A model generated the notes under the pieces. The model was not told the DNA's origin, made no database searches, and saw only the letters and a list, made by a program, of their open reading frames with translations. Shown here in pieces: positions 1-10,221 of a stretch of DNA of 64,000 nucleotides. The stretch is taken from positions 69,695-133,694 of the forward strand of contig JAOTXU010000007.1 of NCBI GenBank assembly GCA_029862165.1, read 5' to 3'. Made by a program: the position numbers and the translations under genes. The DNA comes from Gammaproteobacteria bacterium (lineage in GTDB: Bacteria; Pseudomonadota; Gammaproteobacteria; Steroidobacterales; JABDKV01). Position 1 is the stretch's first letter. Every line of letters starts with the position of its first letter.

Positions 1-42
1 GCAAGATTCTTCGCCGCAGCGCCCAGTATAGGACCGTTTTCG

Positions 43-207
43 ATGAAGACATACATGTGCCTTATTTGTGGATATCTCTACGATGAGGAAAGTGGCGACC
101 CAGAAGCCGGGATCAATCCTGGTACCCGCTGGGACGATGTGCCTTTGGCGTGGCGTTGCCCGGATTGTGGGGCGGGGAAAGAAGACTTCGATATGGTTGA
201 GGTGTAG
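43..207 (+). CDS. rubredoxin (54 aa)
   Basis: ATG ORF below the 60-aa track cutoff: [54 protein letters not shown]. It has the two rubredoxin Cys knuckles (CLICG, CPDCG). AGGA lies 8 nt upstream and TAG is at 205-207. The frame stays open to base 1, so a longer N-terminus cannot be formally excluded. Confidence 0.85.
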   Translation: MKTYMCLICGYLYDEESGDPEAGINPGTRWDDVPLAWRCPDCGAGKEDFDMVEV

Positions 208-259
208 TCGCGCCCGCCCTCCCATGATCAAGAGGGCCGCAATTCCGATGTCGTGCTGA

Positions 260-363
260 GGCGAGCCTAGAAGCCGGCTTCTATTGCGTGTCGCGATACA
301 CGCAAATCGGGCTCCGGCGAGGAACGCAGTCGCCGCAGGCAAACGACCGTCTTCTTTCTCGCC
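260..363. repeat. 104-bp direct repeat, copy A (hairpin-rich element)
   Basis: Identical at every base to 478-581. It contains a 16-bp perfect palindrome TAGAAGCCGGCTTCTA (268-283) and stem-loops GCGTGT/ACACGC (286-303) and GGCGA/TCGCC (316-334). The termini GGCGAG...CTCGCC are inverted. Confidence 0.9.
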
Positions 364-391
364 GGCAATCGCTATCTCTTGATTCGTAGGA

Positions 392-443
392 GCGGCATCC
401 TTGCCGCGACTCTTTTCCTGTTCTCTCCCCGTTTCGCGGGGAG
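392..443. repeat. REP-like GC-rich hairpins in the spacer between the two copies
   Basis: GCGGCA-tcct-TGCCGC (392-407) preceded by GTAGGAGC, and CTCCCCG-tttcg-CGGGGAG (425-443) followed by GGTTAGGGTGGGGAG. The style resembles repetitive extragenic palindromes. No other copy was noticed in this window. Confidence 0.35.
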
Positions 444-477
444 GGTTAGGGTGGGGAGCAAATCACGCGTAAATCTT

Positions 478-581
478 GGCGAGCCTAGAAGCCGGCTTCT
501 ATTGCGTGTCGCGATACACGCAAATCGGGCTCCGGCGAGGAACGCAGTCGCCGCAGGCAAACGACCGTCTTCTTTCTCGCC
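478..581. repeat. 104-bp direct repeat, copy B
   Basis: Base-for-base identical to 260-363 (offset 218 bp). The flank to its right (582-640) is a diverged, partly deleted version of 364-460. Confidence 0.9.
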
Positions 582-643
582 ACATATCGCGGCGACGATT
601 CTGGGGAGCGCGACTGTTGGGGGTGAGGAAAGAGGATGAAGGA

Positions 644-668
644 GTCTGTCCCCGGGGAGGGGACAGAC
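644..668 (-). terminator. stem-loop 12 nt downstream of the TraB/GumN stop
   Basis: GTCTGTCCCC-gggga-GGGGACAGAC is a perfect 10-bp GC-rich stem with a 5-nt loop. On the minus strand it is followed by a pyrimidine-rich tract (CTCCTTCATCCTCTTTCC), not a clean U-run. Confidence 0.5.
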
Positions 669-679
669 GATGTGATTAT

Positions 680-1555
680 TTAAAGTTGGTTGACGCTATA
701 GCCTTTTTTTCGTAATTGTTCGAGTACGCTGTCCGCGCCGATCAGATGCAGAGCACCGACGATGATCAAATAGTCATCCTTGTCGTTTAGTAGCGCCACA
801 ATGTCGTGAGTCCAGGCCTGGTTGCGTTGGACCACCAGTGTGTCGTAGACCTGCGGGAAGCCGTCAAAGCCCTTGATCAGCTCGTCTTGCATCGCTTCAA
901 TGTTGCCGGAACGCCAGGCGGTGATAAGGGCATCCAGACCTACTTCGATAGTCTGTGCGTCGTCCAACGTTTTCAGTAGAAACCGCGATTGGGTATCCAA
1001 GGGCAACTCATCGAAAACAGCAATTTGCTGCTCTGCGGTTTCGAGTCCGCGTACGGGCTTGTCATCTGTGCGGGCGCGATCAAGAAAATGAAATTCGACG
1101 CCCAGCGCAGCATCGAAGCCGAGTTTCATCATTTCCAGCTCGACTATGGTGAGCGCAGCCAGCCAGGGCTCTGTCGCGTCGAGCATTTCCAGTTTAATGT
1201 CGAGCTGGTCGGCGCTTTTTTTAGCCTTGGCCCACATGGTGTCGCCCATGATTTTGCGCAGGCTGCCGCCATCGGCTATCAAACCGGATGTCATCATGTG
1301 TTGTTGAAGTTGCAAAGGATCAAGATCGTCCATATCCAGTTCCATTACTAACGTTTCCGCGTCCGCGTAAACGATATTGTAGATTTCGGGCAACGGATAA
1401 TCTTCCTGTCGAAGCAGATGCACGGAGCCGAGGAGATAGACGGTGTTGTCTTCGCCATCGACTTGCCAAAGGATGTGTCGCTCGGAGAGCGTGCGGGCGC
1501 AACTTGCAGCTGCCATTAACGCAAGAATAACCACGGCCAAGGTGTTTCTGATCAC
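680..1555 (-). CDS. TraB/GumN (Tiki-like) family protein, probable lipoprotein
   Basis: Track ORF 680-1579. It has the YLLGSVHLL motif and the general profile of the TraB/GumN family. I moved the start to GTG 1555, which overlaps the cpdA stop as GTGA and gives the signal MIRNTLAVVILALMAAASC. GTG 1579 remains possible. Confidence 0.75.
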   Translation of the reverse strand: MIRNTLAVVILALMAAASCARTLSERHILWQVDGEDNTVYLLGSVHLLRQEDYPLPEIYNIVYADAETLVMELDMDDLDPLQLQQHMMTSGLIADGGSLRKIMGDTMWAKAKKSADQLDIKLEMLDATEPWLAALTIVELEMMKLGFDAALGVEFHFLDRARTDDKPVRGLETAEQQIAVFDELPLDTQSRFLLKTLDDAQTIEVGLDALITAWRSGNIEAMQDELIKGFDGFPQVYDTLVVQRNQAWTHDIVALLNDKDDYLIIVGALHLIGADSVLEQLRKKGYSVNQL

Positions 1556-2322
1556 GACGTTTCTTTCGTACCGCACCACTTTATTGCACTGACGATCGTG
1601 CCATCGGGATGCAGGTCTAGCCAGCGATAGGCGGGCGGGCTGTCCTCATCGAGGGCGAAATAGTGAACCTCCGGTAGAAACTGTCGGCACGTCGATGGAG
1701 TGGCTAGCAATAACATTCCATTTTGACGGCTTTCGTAAGCCTGGTGCACATGCCCCCACAACATGCAGCGGACGTTTGAATATTGTTCCACGATTGCCCA
1801 CAGTTCGGCAGCGTTGCGCAGTGGAACGGTATCCAGCCATCGGCTGCCAGAAGAGATCGGATGATGATGCATGCAAATGAGTACGTTCTTATCGCGGCTG
1901 GCAGCAAGGAGTCTTGATAGCCCGTCAAGTTCATCTTTTTCAAGCATGCCGCCGGCATCGCCGGGGTTATTGGTGTTCAGCATCGGGATCAGCCAATCGC
2001 CAAGCGTGATGCTGCCACAATAGTAAAAGGGGTCTTCAGTTAGGAGCTCTTGCATGTAGGCCGGCGCGTCGTGGTTGCCCGGCAGGCAAAACACCGGCAG
2101 GCCAAGACTGGCGAAACATTCGCGAAAGAGCCGGTAGGCACCTCGACTCTCGTCCTGGGCAATGTCGCCACTGACCAGTACGGCGTCGGCTGGAAAGTGT
2201 TGCTGCTGCGCTGTGCTGATAGTTGCCATCAACGTATCGAGTGTACGGACACCACGCATTTCTCCGGCTCTGTCGGCGAAGAGGTGTGGGTCAGTAAACT
2301 GCAGCAGTCGGTAGACGCTCAT
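1552..2322 (-). CDS. cpdA: 3',5'-cyclic-nucleotide phosphodiesterase, metallophosphoesterase family
   Basis: Metallophosphoesterase motifs are present: DPH (QFTDPHLF), GDxxxD (SGDIAQDE), GNHD, HHH and GHVH. I trimmed the start from track 2391 to ATG 2322 (MSVYRLLQFTDPH), which has GGGAG 9 nt upstream. Confidence 0.8.
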   Translation of the reverse strand: MSVYRLLQFTDPHLFADRAGEMRGVRTLDTLMATISTAQQQHFPADAVLVSGDIAQDESRGAYRLFRECFASLGLPVFCLPGNHDAPAYMQELLTEDPFYYCGSITLGDWLIPMLNTNNPGDAGGMLEKDELDGLSRLLAASRDKNVLICMHHHPISSGSRWLDTVPLRNAAELWAIVEQYSNVRCMLWGHVHQAYESRQNGMLLLATPSTCRQFLPEVHYFALDEDSPPAYRWLDLHPDGTIVSAIKWCGTKETS

Positions 2323-2457
2323 TTCGGGCGCTCCCAGAGCCAGCTTCATCGATTGTTGCAATGCCGGAGGGAATAGGCAACCGCTTGCCACGCAAATTTA
2401 CTAATCAGAAACCGGGTACAGGAGGACCCACCTCGGCAGAGGCACAATTCCACCACG

Positions 2458-2491
2458 AAAAAAGACGGGAGACTGCCGCCGCCGCCCGCCC
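2458..2491 (-). terminator. possible intrinsic terminator after ahcY
   Basis: On the minus strand, GGCGGG...CCCGTC forms a 6-bp stem with one G-U pair and a long loop, followed by TTTTTT (2458-2463), 18 nt after the ahcY stop. The stem is weak. Confidence 0.35.
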
Positions 2492-2508
2492 ATGTTCTTG
2501 AAGAGCAA

Positions 2509-3924
2509 TCAGTAGCGGTAGTGTTCTGGTTTGTAGGGACCACTCGCCGGCACGTTGATATAGGCGGCCTGCTCCGCAGTTAACGTCGTCAGCTTCGCGC
2601 CGACCCGGTCCAGATGCAGGCGGGCGACCCGCTCATCAAGGTGCTTGGGCAAGACATAGACCTGATTATCGTATTGGTTGTGATTTTTCCATAGCTCCAT
2701 CTGTGCCATGACCTGGTTGGTAAACGAGTTTGACATTACAAAGCTGGGGTGTCCCGTGGCGCAACCCAGGTTTACCAGACGGCCACGCGCCAGCAATGTA
2801 ATGCGCTTGCCATTCGGGAAAATGATGTGATCGACTTGTGGTTTGATTTCATCCCATTCGTACTTTTCGAGTGAGGACACATCGATTTCATTGTCGAAGT
2901 GACCGATGTTGCAGAGGATCGCCTGGTTTTTCATCCTCAGCATCTGATCGTGCCCTATCACATGATAGTTGCCGGTCGCGGTCACGACGATGTCGACCTG
3001 ATCAATTACATCGTCGACTGTAACCACACGATAACCCTCCATTGCTGCCTGCAAAGCACAGATCGGATCGATCTCGGTTATCCAGACATTCGCACCCAGT
3101 CCGCGCAATGACTGGGCCGATCCTTTGCCGACGTCGCCATAGCCGCACACCAGGGCAACCTTTCCAGCAATCATCACGTCTGTTGCCCGCTTGATGCTAT
3201 CAACCAGAGATTCGCGGCAGCCGTAAAGATTGTCGAATTTGCTCTTTGTTACGGAGTCGTTGACGTTGATGGCAGGGAAGGGCAATTCGTTGCGCGCGGC
3301 CAACTGATACAGTCGTGCGACACCGGTAGTTGTCTCCTCGGTTACACCACCGATAGTCTCGTACAGACGCGAGTACCAACCGGGGTTTGTGTCCAGCCGT
3401 TTGCGTATCGCCGCAAACAGAGCCGTTTCTTCCTCGCTGCCCGGTGATTCGAGCACACCGGGATCTTTTTCAGCACGGGCGCCGAGAGAGACGAGCAGCG
3501 TCGCGTCGCCACCGTCGTCGAGAATCCGATTGGGTACGCCACCGTCATGCCATTCCATGATTTTATGGGTGTATTCCCAGTACTCGTCCAGGCTTTCGCC
3601 CTTAAACGCGTAAACCGGTACGCTACTGGCAGCGATCGCCGCTGCAGCATGATCCTGGGTTGAGTAGATGTTGCAGGATGCCCAGCGCACATCAGCACCT
3701 AGCTCAACCAGCGTCTCAATGAGCACAGCTGTCTGGATCGTCATGTGTAACGAGCCGGCTATACGCGCACCAGCCAGCGGTTTTTGACCTGCATATTCCT
3801 TGCGCAGTGCCATGAGGCCGGGCATTTCTGTTTCGGCTATCGCAATTTCCTTGCGTCCCCAGTCCGCCAGAGAGATGTCTGCGACTTTGAAGTCAGGCGC
3901 CACTTTCTCTACGGGTGTACTCAT
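2509..3924 (-). CDS. ahcY: adenosylhomocysteinase
   Basis: 471 aa with [14 protein letters not shown] and the NAD-binding GYGDVGKG, and a C-terminal PYKPEHYRY. Full-length match to the family profile. Confidence 0.95.
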   Translation of the reverse strand: MSTPVEKVAPDFKVADISLADWGRKEIAIAETEMPGLMALRKEYAGQKPLAGARIAGSLHMTIQTAVLIETLVELGADVRWASCNIYSTQDHAAAAIAASSVPVYAFKGESLDEYWEYTHKIMEWHDGGVPNRILDDGGDATLLVSLGARAEKDPGVLESPGSEEETALFAAIRKRLDTNPGWYSRLYETIGGVTEETTTGVARLYQLAARNELPFPAINVNDSVTKSKFDNLYGCRESLVDSIKRATDVMIAGKVALVCGYGDVGKGSAQSLRGLGANVWITEIDPICALQAAMEGYRVVTVDDVIDQVDIVVTATGNYHVIGHDQMLRMKNQAILCNIGHFDNEIDVSSLEKYEWDEIKPQVDHIIFPNGKRITLLARGRLVNLGCATGHPSFVMSNSFTNQVMAQMELWKNHNQYDNQVYVLPKHLDERVARLHLDRVGAKLTTLTAEQAAYINVPASGPYKPEHYRY

Positions 3925-3954
3925 CTATAAATCTCCAGTTGTCCTTGATGTCCG

Positions 3955-5139
3955 TTATTCAGTGCCAGTTAGACGAATATTCGCCGCTTCGCGCAGCGCT
4001 TCAACCTTGTCCACGTGCTCCCAAGTGAATTCGGGTTCTGTGCGACCAAAGTGACCGTAACTGGCCGTTGCCTTGTAAATCGGCCTGACCAGGTCAAGCA
4101 TCTGGCGTATGCCATAAGGGGTGAGATCAAAATTATCCCGCACCAGTTGGGTCAGTCGGGTTGAATCGATCTTGCCGGTGCCAAAGGTCTCCACACTGAT
4201 CGAAGTCGGACGTGCGACACCGATTGCGTACGACACCTGAATTTCACAACGTGCGGCCAAACCGGCTGCAACGATGTTCTTGGCGACGTAGCGGGCTGCA
4301 TACGCAGCGGAGCGATCGACCTTTGACGGGTCCTTGCCGGAGAAGGCACCGCCGCCGTGACGAGCCATGCCGCCATAGGTGTCCACAATGATTTTGCGCC
4401 CGGTTAGACCGCAGTCACCCATGGGACCGCCGACGACGAACCGGCCGGTCGGATTGATGTGGATATTTTCCTTTGGACAGTCGTTAAGCCATTTTTCGGG
4501 CAAAACCGGTTTGAGTATTTCTTCATAAACACCCTCGGAAAGTTCCTTTGGCGATACTTCCGGATCATGCTGCGTTGACAGCACGACGGCATCCAGACCG
4601 GCGGGACGTTCGTCCACATACTTGAGTGTTACCTGGCTCTTGGCATCCGGTCGCAACCAACTCAGGATTCCAGTCTTACGAGCTTCGGCCTGACGTTGCA
4701 CCAGTCGATGCGAATAGGTAATCGGCGCAGGCATAAACACATCGGTTTCGTTTGTAGCAAAACCGAACATCAGACCCTGGTCACCGGCACCTTGTTTCTT
4801 CTCTTCCTCGCGGTCTACACCTTGCGCGATGTCACCGGATTGTTTGCCGATCGCGTTGAGTACAGCGCAGGTATTGCCATCAAAGCCCAAATCGGAGTTG
4901 TCATAGCCGATATCGAGTATCGTTTGACGTGTGAGCTCTTCCAGGTCAACCCAGGCAGCGGTGGTAATCTCACCTGCGACGATAGCCATGCCGGTTTTAA
5001 CCATCGTCTCGCAGGCCACTCGGGCACTTGGATCCACGGCGATGATTGCATCGAGTACGGCGTCGGAAATCTGATCGGCCATCTTGTCCGGATGACCTTC
5101 CGAGACCGACTCGGAAGTAAAAAGGTAATTTTTTTGCAT
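3955..5139 (-). CDS. metK: S-adenosylmethionine synthase
   Basis: 394 aa with the signatures [15 protein letters not shown] and [16 protein letters not shown]. It lies 30 nt upstream of ahcY on the same strand. Confidence 0.95.
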   Translation of the reverse strand: MQKNYLFTSESVSEGHPDKMADQISDAVLDAIIAVDPSARVACETMVKTGMAIVAGEITTAAWVDLEELTRQTILDIGYDNSDLGFDGNTCAVLNAIGKQSGDIAQGVDREEEKKQGAGDQGLMFGFATNETDVFMPAPITYSHRLVQRQAEARKTGILSWLRPDAKSQVTLKYVDERPAGLDAVVLSTQHDPEVSPKELSEGVYEEILKPVLPEKWLNDCPKENIHINPTGRFVVGGPMGDCGLTGRKIIVDTYGGMARHGGGAFSGKDPSKVDRSAAYAARYVAKNIVAAGLAARCEIQVSYAIGVARPTSISVETFGTGKIDSTRLTQLVRDNFDLTPYGIRQMLDLVRPIYKATASYGHFGRTEPEFTWEHVDKVEALREAANIRLTGTE

Positions 5140-5205
5140 TGAATTGTGGTCGCAGGCGCTAACAGCCGGCTAGTATAACCCGGCTACAGGATAGGGAGAC
5201 AGCGA

Positions 5206-5763
5206 ATGGCAGCACTGGAAACACCGATTTGCGATTTTGGCGTCCCGGCACCCGATTTCGCTCTGGTTGGCGTGGATGGGCGCACCTGGACCCTGGCCGA
5301 TGTGAGGGGCCGAACCGGCACTGTAGTCATGTTTATCTGCAATCATTGCCCGTTTGTAAAAGCCGCCATCGGCCGAATGATCCATGAGGCCAACGAGTTG
5401 GCGGGGCATGGCGTGAGCTTTGTAGCAATAATGTCAAATGATACAGCTACTTATCCGGCAGATTCATATGAAAACATGCAGCGTTGGGCAGCCGAAAACG
5501 ATTTTCCTTTTCCATATTTGATTGATGAGATGCAGGATGTGGCGCGTGCCTACGGTGCGGTGTGCACACCGGATTTCTTTGGCTACAACGCCGATCTCGA
5601 ACTGCAGTATCGCGGCCGACTCGATGCCGGACGGACCGAGCCGCCACCCGCAGGGGCGCCACGCGAGTTGTACGAAGCCATGAAAGAGATTGCGCGCACG
5701 GGGAAGGGACCGACGGTGCAGACGCCGAGCATCGGTTGCAGCATAAAGTGGAAAGCAGGTTAA
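5206..5763 (+). CDS. thioredoxin-fold (AhpC/TSA-like) thiol-disulfide oxidoreductase
   Basis: 185 aa with the redox motif FICNHCPFV (CxxC). A GGGAGA SD lies 6 nt upstream. Divergent from metK across 66 bp. Confidence 0.7.
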   Translation: MAALETPICDFGVPAPDFALVGVDGRTWTLADVRGRTGTVVMFICNHCPFVKAAIGRMIHEANELAGHGVSFVAIMSNDTATYPADSYENMQRWAAENDFPFPYLIDEMQDVARAYGAVCTPDFFGYNADLELQYRGRLDAGRTEPPPAGAPRELYEAMKEIARTGKGPTVQTPSIGCSIKWKAG

Positions 5764-5943
5764 GCGAGGCCTGGCAGGGCTCTGCGCAACATACCTCTCA
5801 CAAAGCATTGGCTTTATGACGTAGGACCGATTACATGTCACCCTCCCGCTAATCCCCGCCCTGGAGGCGAGCGGGAACAGTTCTTGATGAAAGCGCGGGT
5901 CTAGGTGACAATGCGCGCGCTTTTCCACCCGCGAGAGACAACA

Positions 5944-7965
5944 ATGCCTACCCGCAGAGATCTGGCGAATGCTATTCGTGCGCTCAGCATGGATGGTGTG
6001 CAGCGTGCAAACTCCGGTCATCCCGGCATGCCTATGGGCATGGCCGACATTGCTGAGGTTTTGTGGAACGACTTCTTACGATTCAACCCGACAAATCCGG
6101 GTTGGGATAATCGCGATCGGTTCGTTTTGTCTAACGGTCATGGCAGCATGCTGTTGTATTCAGTGCTGCATCTTTGCGGTTATGACTTATCACTGACGGA
6201 ACTAAAAAACTTTCGACAGCTTGGCTCAAAAACGCCGGGCCATCCTGAGTACGGTATTACCCCGGGTGTTGAAACAACAACCGGTCCTTTAGGTCAGGGA
6301 CTCGCCAATGCGGTCGGTCTGGCAATTGCTGAAAAAAATCTTGCCGCGCGATACAACCGGCCCGGTTACGAGATCGTTGATCACCACACTTACGCTTTTA
6401 CCGGTGACGGATGTCTGATGGAGGGCATTTCTCACGAAGTCTGCTCCCTGGCGGGCACATTGGGGCTCGGCAAGCTCATCGTTCTCTACGATGACAACGG
6501 CATATCTATCGACGGCGAAGTCGAGGGCTGGTTTACAGATAACACTGTGCAGCGTTTTGAGGCTTATGGCTGGCATGTCATTAAGGAAGTTGATGGCCAC
6601 GAGCCCGATGCCGTGCAACGGGCCATCGAAGTCGCACAGTCGGTGCGCGATAAACCGACGCTGGTCTGTTGCCGCACAGTGATTGGTTGGGGTGCGCCAA
6701 ACAAGCAGGGCACGGCTGATACCCACGGCGCACCCTTGGGTGATGAGGAAATTGCCGCGGTGCGTAAGACTATCGGCTGGCCGCATGCGCCCTTCGAGAT
6801 ACCGGCCGATATTGCCAGTGCCTGGGATGCACGGGAACGTGGCAGCAAACTAGAATCTGACTGGAACGAGCTCTACGCGGAATACGCCAAAAAGTATCCG
6901 GCACCGGCGGCGGAATATCGGCGCCGCATGGCCGGTGAGCTACCGGAAAATTGGCAGACTCACGCCAGCGAGTTTATTTCACAGGTGAATACAGAAGCCG
7001 CGAAGAAGGCGACGCGAAAATCCTCACAGGCTGCCCTCAATGGCTTCGGTCCGGTGCTGCCCGAGTTGATAGGCGGGTCCGCAGACCTGACCGGTTCGAA
7101 TGGCACGTACTGGTCTGGATCCAGCGTATTTAATGCCGATAGTCCGGACGGTAACTACCTTTACTACGGTGTGCGTGAATTTGGCATGTCCGCCATACTC
7201 AATGGCCTCGCGTTGCATGGTGGCTTCATTCCCTACGGGGCAACATTCCTGGTCTTTTCGGACTATGCGCGAAACGCTTTGCGCTTGTCCGCGTTAATGG
7301 GCATACCGAGCATCTTTGTATACACACATGACTCGATTGGGCTGGGCGAAGATGGTCCGACACATCAGCCCATAGAGCACCTGGCCACTTTGCGAGCTAT
7401 GCCAGGCATGACGGTGTGGCGACCCTGCGATACCGTGGAATCGGCCGTCGCATGGAAGGCGACGCTGGAAAAACGCGATGGACCGAGTTCGCTGGTGTTT
7501 ACACGTCAGGGTGTACCCTTCCAGGCACGCAGCGCAGGACAGATTGCTGATATTGCACGCGGCGGCTACGTTCTGATCGATAGCGACGGTGTTCCGGAGC
7601 TAATCCTGATTTCGACCGGGTCTGAAGTCGGTTTGGCCGTTGCGGCCGCTGAAGCGCTCAATGACAAGGGCCGGCGGGTGCGCGTCGTGTCGATGCCGAG
7701 CACCGATGTTTTCAATCGTCAGGAGAGAAGTTATCGTGATGCAGTGCTGCCGCCGCAGGCGGGCCGGCGTATCGCGATCGAGGCAGGTGTTCCCGATTGC
7801 TGGTATCGCTACGTTGGCAGTTCCGGACGGGTTATCGGTATTGAGCGATTTGGTGAATCTGCCCCGGGCAGTGAAGTTTATGAACACGTGGGTCTGACAA
7901 TAGAGCGGGTAGTCGCAGATGCTGAAGAGCTACTGCAAACGCCCGCAACTGAATTCCCTTCATAG
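5944..7965 (+). CDS. tkt: transketolase
   Basis: Contains [14 protein letters not shown] and [19 protein letters not shown] trimmed the start from track GTG 5905 to ATG 5944 ([17 protein letters not shown]), the usual Tkt N-terminus. Confidence 0.95.
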   Translation: MPTRRDLANAIRALSMDGVQRANSGHPGMPMGMADIAEVLWNDFLRFNPTNPGWDNRDRFVLSNGHGSMLLYSVLHLCGYDLSLTELKNFRQLGSKTPGHPEYGITPGVETTTGPLGQGLANAVGLAIAEKNLAARYNRPGYEIVDHHTYAFTGDGCLMEGISHEVCSLAGTLGLGKLIVLYDDNGISIDGEVEGWFTDNTVQRFEAYGWHVIKEVDGHEPDAVQRAIEVAQSVRDKPTLVCCRTVIGWGAPNKQGTADTHGAPLGDEEIAAVRKTIGWPHAPFEIPADIASAWDARERGSKLESDWNELYAEYAKKYPAPAAEYRRRMAGELPENWQTHASEFISQVNTEAAKKATRKSSQAALNGFGPVLPELIGGSADLTGSNGTYWSGSSVFNADSPDGNYLYYGVREFGMSAILNGLALHGGFIPYGATFLVFSDYARNALRLSALMGIPSIFVYTHDSIGLGEDGPTHQPIEHLATLRAMPGMTVWRPCDTVESAVAWKATLEKRDGPSSLVFTRQGVPFQARSAGQIADIARGGYVLIDSDGVPELILISTGSEVGLAVAAAEALNDKGRRVRVVSMPSTDVFNRQERSYRDAVLPPQAGRRIAIEAGVPDCWYRYVGSSGRVIGIERFGESAPGSEVYEHVGLTIERVVADAEELLQTPATEFPS

Positions 7966-7977
7966 GAGATATTAGAA

Positions 7978-8985
7978 ATGGCTATCAAGGTTGCTATTAA
8001 TGGCTTTGGCCGCATCGGACGAATGACGTTGCGTGCCGTATTTGAATCTAAACGGACTGACGAAATCGATTTTGTTGCGGTTAATGATCTGGGTGACATC
8101 GATATCAATGCCTATTTGATGAAGTACGACACGGCACACGGTCCGTTTCCGGGGACCTTGGTGAAAGACGGCGAAGACCTGATAGTCAACGGCGATCGTG
8201 TACGCGTGCTGTCACAACGCGATCCGTCGAAACTGCCATGGAAAGAGCTGGGTGTGGACGTTGTGCTCGAATGTACCGGTATGTTTCGTACGCGAGAAAA
8301 GGCGGGGATGCATTTACAGGCGGGTGCCAAGAAAGTGCTGATTTCTGCACCGGCCGGTAAAGATATCGACGCAACCGTTGTCTACGGTGTCAATCATCAG
8401 ACTTTGAAAGCCAGTGACACGATCGTATCCAATGCGTCTTGTACAACCAATTGTCTGGCACCCATGGTCAAACCTCTGCACGAACAGATCGGTCTGGATA
8501 CCGGCATCATGACCACGATTCACGCCTACACCAACGATCAGGTGCTAACGGACGTTTATCACAAGGATCTGCGCCGTGCGCGTTCGGCGACGATGTCGAT
8601 GATCCCCACCAAAACAGGTGCTGCCGCGGCGGTAGGCCTGGTATTGCCGGAATTGGACGGCAGGCTGGATGGTTTTTCTGTGCGAGTGCCGACTATCAAT
8701 GTGTCACTGGTCGATTTATCTTTCGTGTCCACGCGGGCCACGTCAGTCGACGAAGTGAACGGCATCATGCGTGACGCGGCCGACGGTGAGATGCGCGGCA
8801 TTGTTAATTACGTCGATGAGCCATTGGTGTCGATCGATTTCAATCACAATCCGGCCTCGTCGTCGTTCGATGCATCAATGACCAAGGTGTCGGGCAATCT
8901 CGTGAAAGTATGTTCCTGGTATGACAACGAGTGGGCTTTCTCCAATCGTATGCTCGATACCATGCTTGCCATGATGAATGCTTAA
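7978..8985 (+). CDS. gap: glyceraldehyde-3-phosphate dehydrogenase
   Basis: 335 aa with the NAD-binding site INGFGRIGR and the active site [16 protein letters not shown] upstream. Confidence 0.95.
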   Translation: MAIKVAINGFGRIGRMTLRAVFESKRTDEIDFVAVNDLGDIDINAYLMKYDTAHGPFPGTLVKDGEDLIVNGDRVRVLSQRDPSKLPWKELGVDVVLECTGMFRTREKAGMHLQAGAKKVLISAPAGKDIDATVVYGVNHQTLKASDTIVSNASCTTNCLAPMVKPLHEQIGLDTGIMTTIHAYTNDQVLTDVYHKDLRRARSATMSMIPTKTGAAAAVGLVLPELDGRLDGFSVRVPTINVSLVDLSFVSTRATSVDEVNGIMRDAADGEMRGIVNYVDEPLVSIDFNHNPASSSFDASMTKVSGNLVKVCSWYDNEWAFSNRMLDTMLAMMNA

Positions 8986-9000
8986 TAAACGGCGTCGCTT

Positions 9001-10170
9001 ATGCTTAGGATGACCGAACTGCCGCTAGCCGGTAAGCGTTTGCTTATCCGTGAGGATCTGAACGTACCGATCGCAGATGGGCAGGTCAGCAGTGATGCGC
9101 GTATCCGGGCGGCTTTGCCGACGCTGCGTATGGCGTCAGACGCCGGCGCCGCCGTTATGGTGATGTCACACCTGGGTCGCCCGACCGAGGGTGAGTTTGA
9201 CGAAAAATTTTCACTGCGACCGGTCGCAGACCACCTGAGTGAGTTACTGGGCCAGACCGTCAACTTGCAACAGGATTGGCTCGATGGCATGGAACTCGAA
9301 CCTGGTCAAATCGTGTTGTGCGAAAATGTTCGGTTCAACCCCGGCGAAAAGAAAAATGACGACGCGCTGGCAAAACGCATGGCCAGACTCTGCGACATTT
9401 TTGTCATGGACGCTTTTGGTACCGCGCATCGTGCACAGGCCAGTACAGAAGGCGTGGCACATCACGCGCCAATTGCCTGTGCCGGGCCGCTCCTGGTGCG
9501 CGAGTTGGAAATGCTGCACCGTGCGCTCGATGAACCCCGCCGACCGTTGGTCGCTATCGTTGGTGGATCAAAAGTATCCACAAAGCTGACCGTGCTTAGA
9601 TCCCTGCTGGAAAAAGCCGATCAGCTCATCGTCGGTGGCGGGATTGCCAATACCTTTATTGCCGCCGCCGGCTACGATGTCGGGAAATCGTTATACGAGC
9701 AAGAACTGCTTGGCGATGCCAAAACGGTGATGGAGTTGGCGTTGGAACGGAACACCGTTATCCCGATTCCCGTTGACATAGTCGTCGGCAAGACATTCTC
9801 ACCGGATGCACAGGCGGTAACCCGCGAAGTAGATGACGTTCGCCCGGATGAACTGATACTGGATGTGGGTCCGCGGACGGCCAAATTGTATGCCGACTAC
9901 ATGGACAAGGCTGGCACAATCGTTTGGAATGGCCCGCTAGGCGTATTCGAGATTGACCAGTTTGGTGCGGGCACCCGCACGCTGGCCGAAGCGATTGCGC
10001 GCAGTGATGCTTTTTCTATAGTTGGCGGTGGCGATAGTCTCGCGGCATTGGATAAGTACGGGCTCGGCGAGCGCATGTCCTATCTGTCTACCGGTGGCGG
10101 CGCCTTTCTTGAGTTTCTCGAAGGCAAGACACTTCCTGCCGTTGCCGCCCTCGAGGAGGCCAGCACCTGA
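9001..10170 (+). CDS. pgk: phosphoglycerate kinase
   Basis: [15 protein letters not shown] at the N-terminus and [14 protein letters not shown] at the C-terminus. ATG 9010 is an alternative start. Confidence 0.95.
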   Translation: MLRMTELPLAGKRLLIREDLNVPIADGQVSSDARIRAALPTLRMASDAGAAVMVMSHLGRPTEGEFDEKFSLRPVADHLSELLGQTVNLQQDWLDGMELEPGQIVLCENVRFNPGEKKNDDALAKRMARLCDIFVMDAFGTAHRAQASTEGVAHHAPIACAGPLLVRELEMLHRALDEPRRPLVAIVGGSKVSTKLTVLRSLLEKADQLIVGGGIANTFIAAAGYDVGKSLYEQELLGDAKTVMELALERNTVIPIPVDIVVGKTFSPDAQAVTREVDDVRPDELILDVGPRTAKLYADYMDKAGTIVWNGPLGVFEIDQFGAGTRTLAEAIARSDAFSIVGGGDSLAALDKYGLGERMSYLSTGGGAFLEFLEGKTLPAVAALEEAST

Positions 10171-10186
10171 TCGCCAACTGCCTCAG

Positions 10187-10215
10187 TTGGGACGATTCCC
10201 GATTCCCCGTACAAT
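10187..10215 (+). promoter_or_regulatory. candidate sigma70 promoter for pyk (TTGGGA-17-TACAAT)
   Basis: The -35 is TTGGGA (10187-10192), followed by a 17-nt spacer and the -10 TACAAT (10210-10215). The -10 ends 6 nt before the pyk ATG, and no SD is present. Pattern match only. Confidence 0.3.
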
Positions 10216-10221
10216 GCCAGC

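Noticed and set aside
1-31. Possible 3' end of an upstream + strand gene (frame 2 reads ...QDSSPQRPV then TAG at 29-31).
   Set aside because: Only 9 codons are visible, which is too little to support any call.
372-715. Track ORFs 372-560 (-), 379-639 (+) and 476-715 (+) in the repeat region.
   Set aside because: They are composed largely of the duplicated element, are Arg/Ser/Leu-rich, lack an SD, and two of them start at TTG. They are most likely non-coding.
5140-5205. AGCGCCTGCGACC upstream of metK (minus strand) resembles the GAGGAGCGCUGCGAC core of the SAH riboswitch. A hairpin AGCCGG-N10-CCGGCT is also present.
   Set aside because: Only 66 nt are available, and they are shared with a divergent gene. 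The other conserved SAH-riboswitch segments (CAGGCUCGG, ACGGCGCUC) are absent. It is not a riboswitch by eye, and cmscan would settle it.
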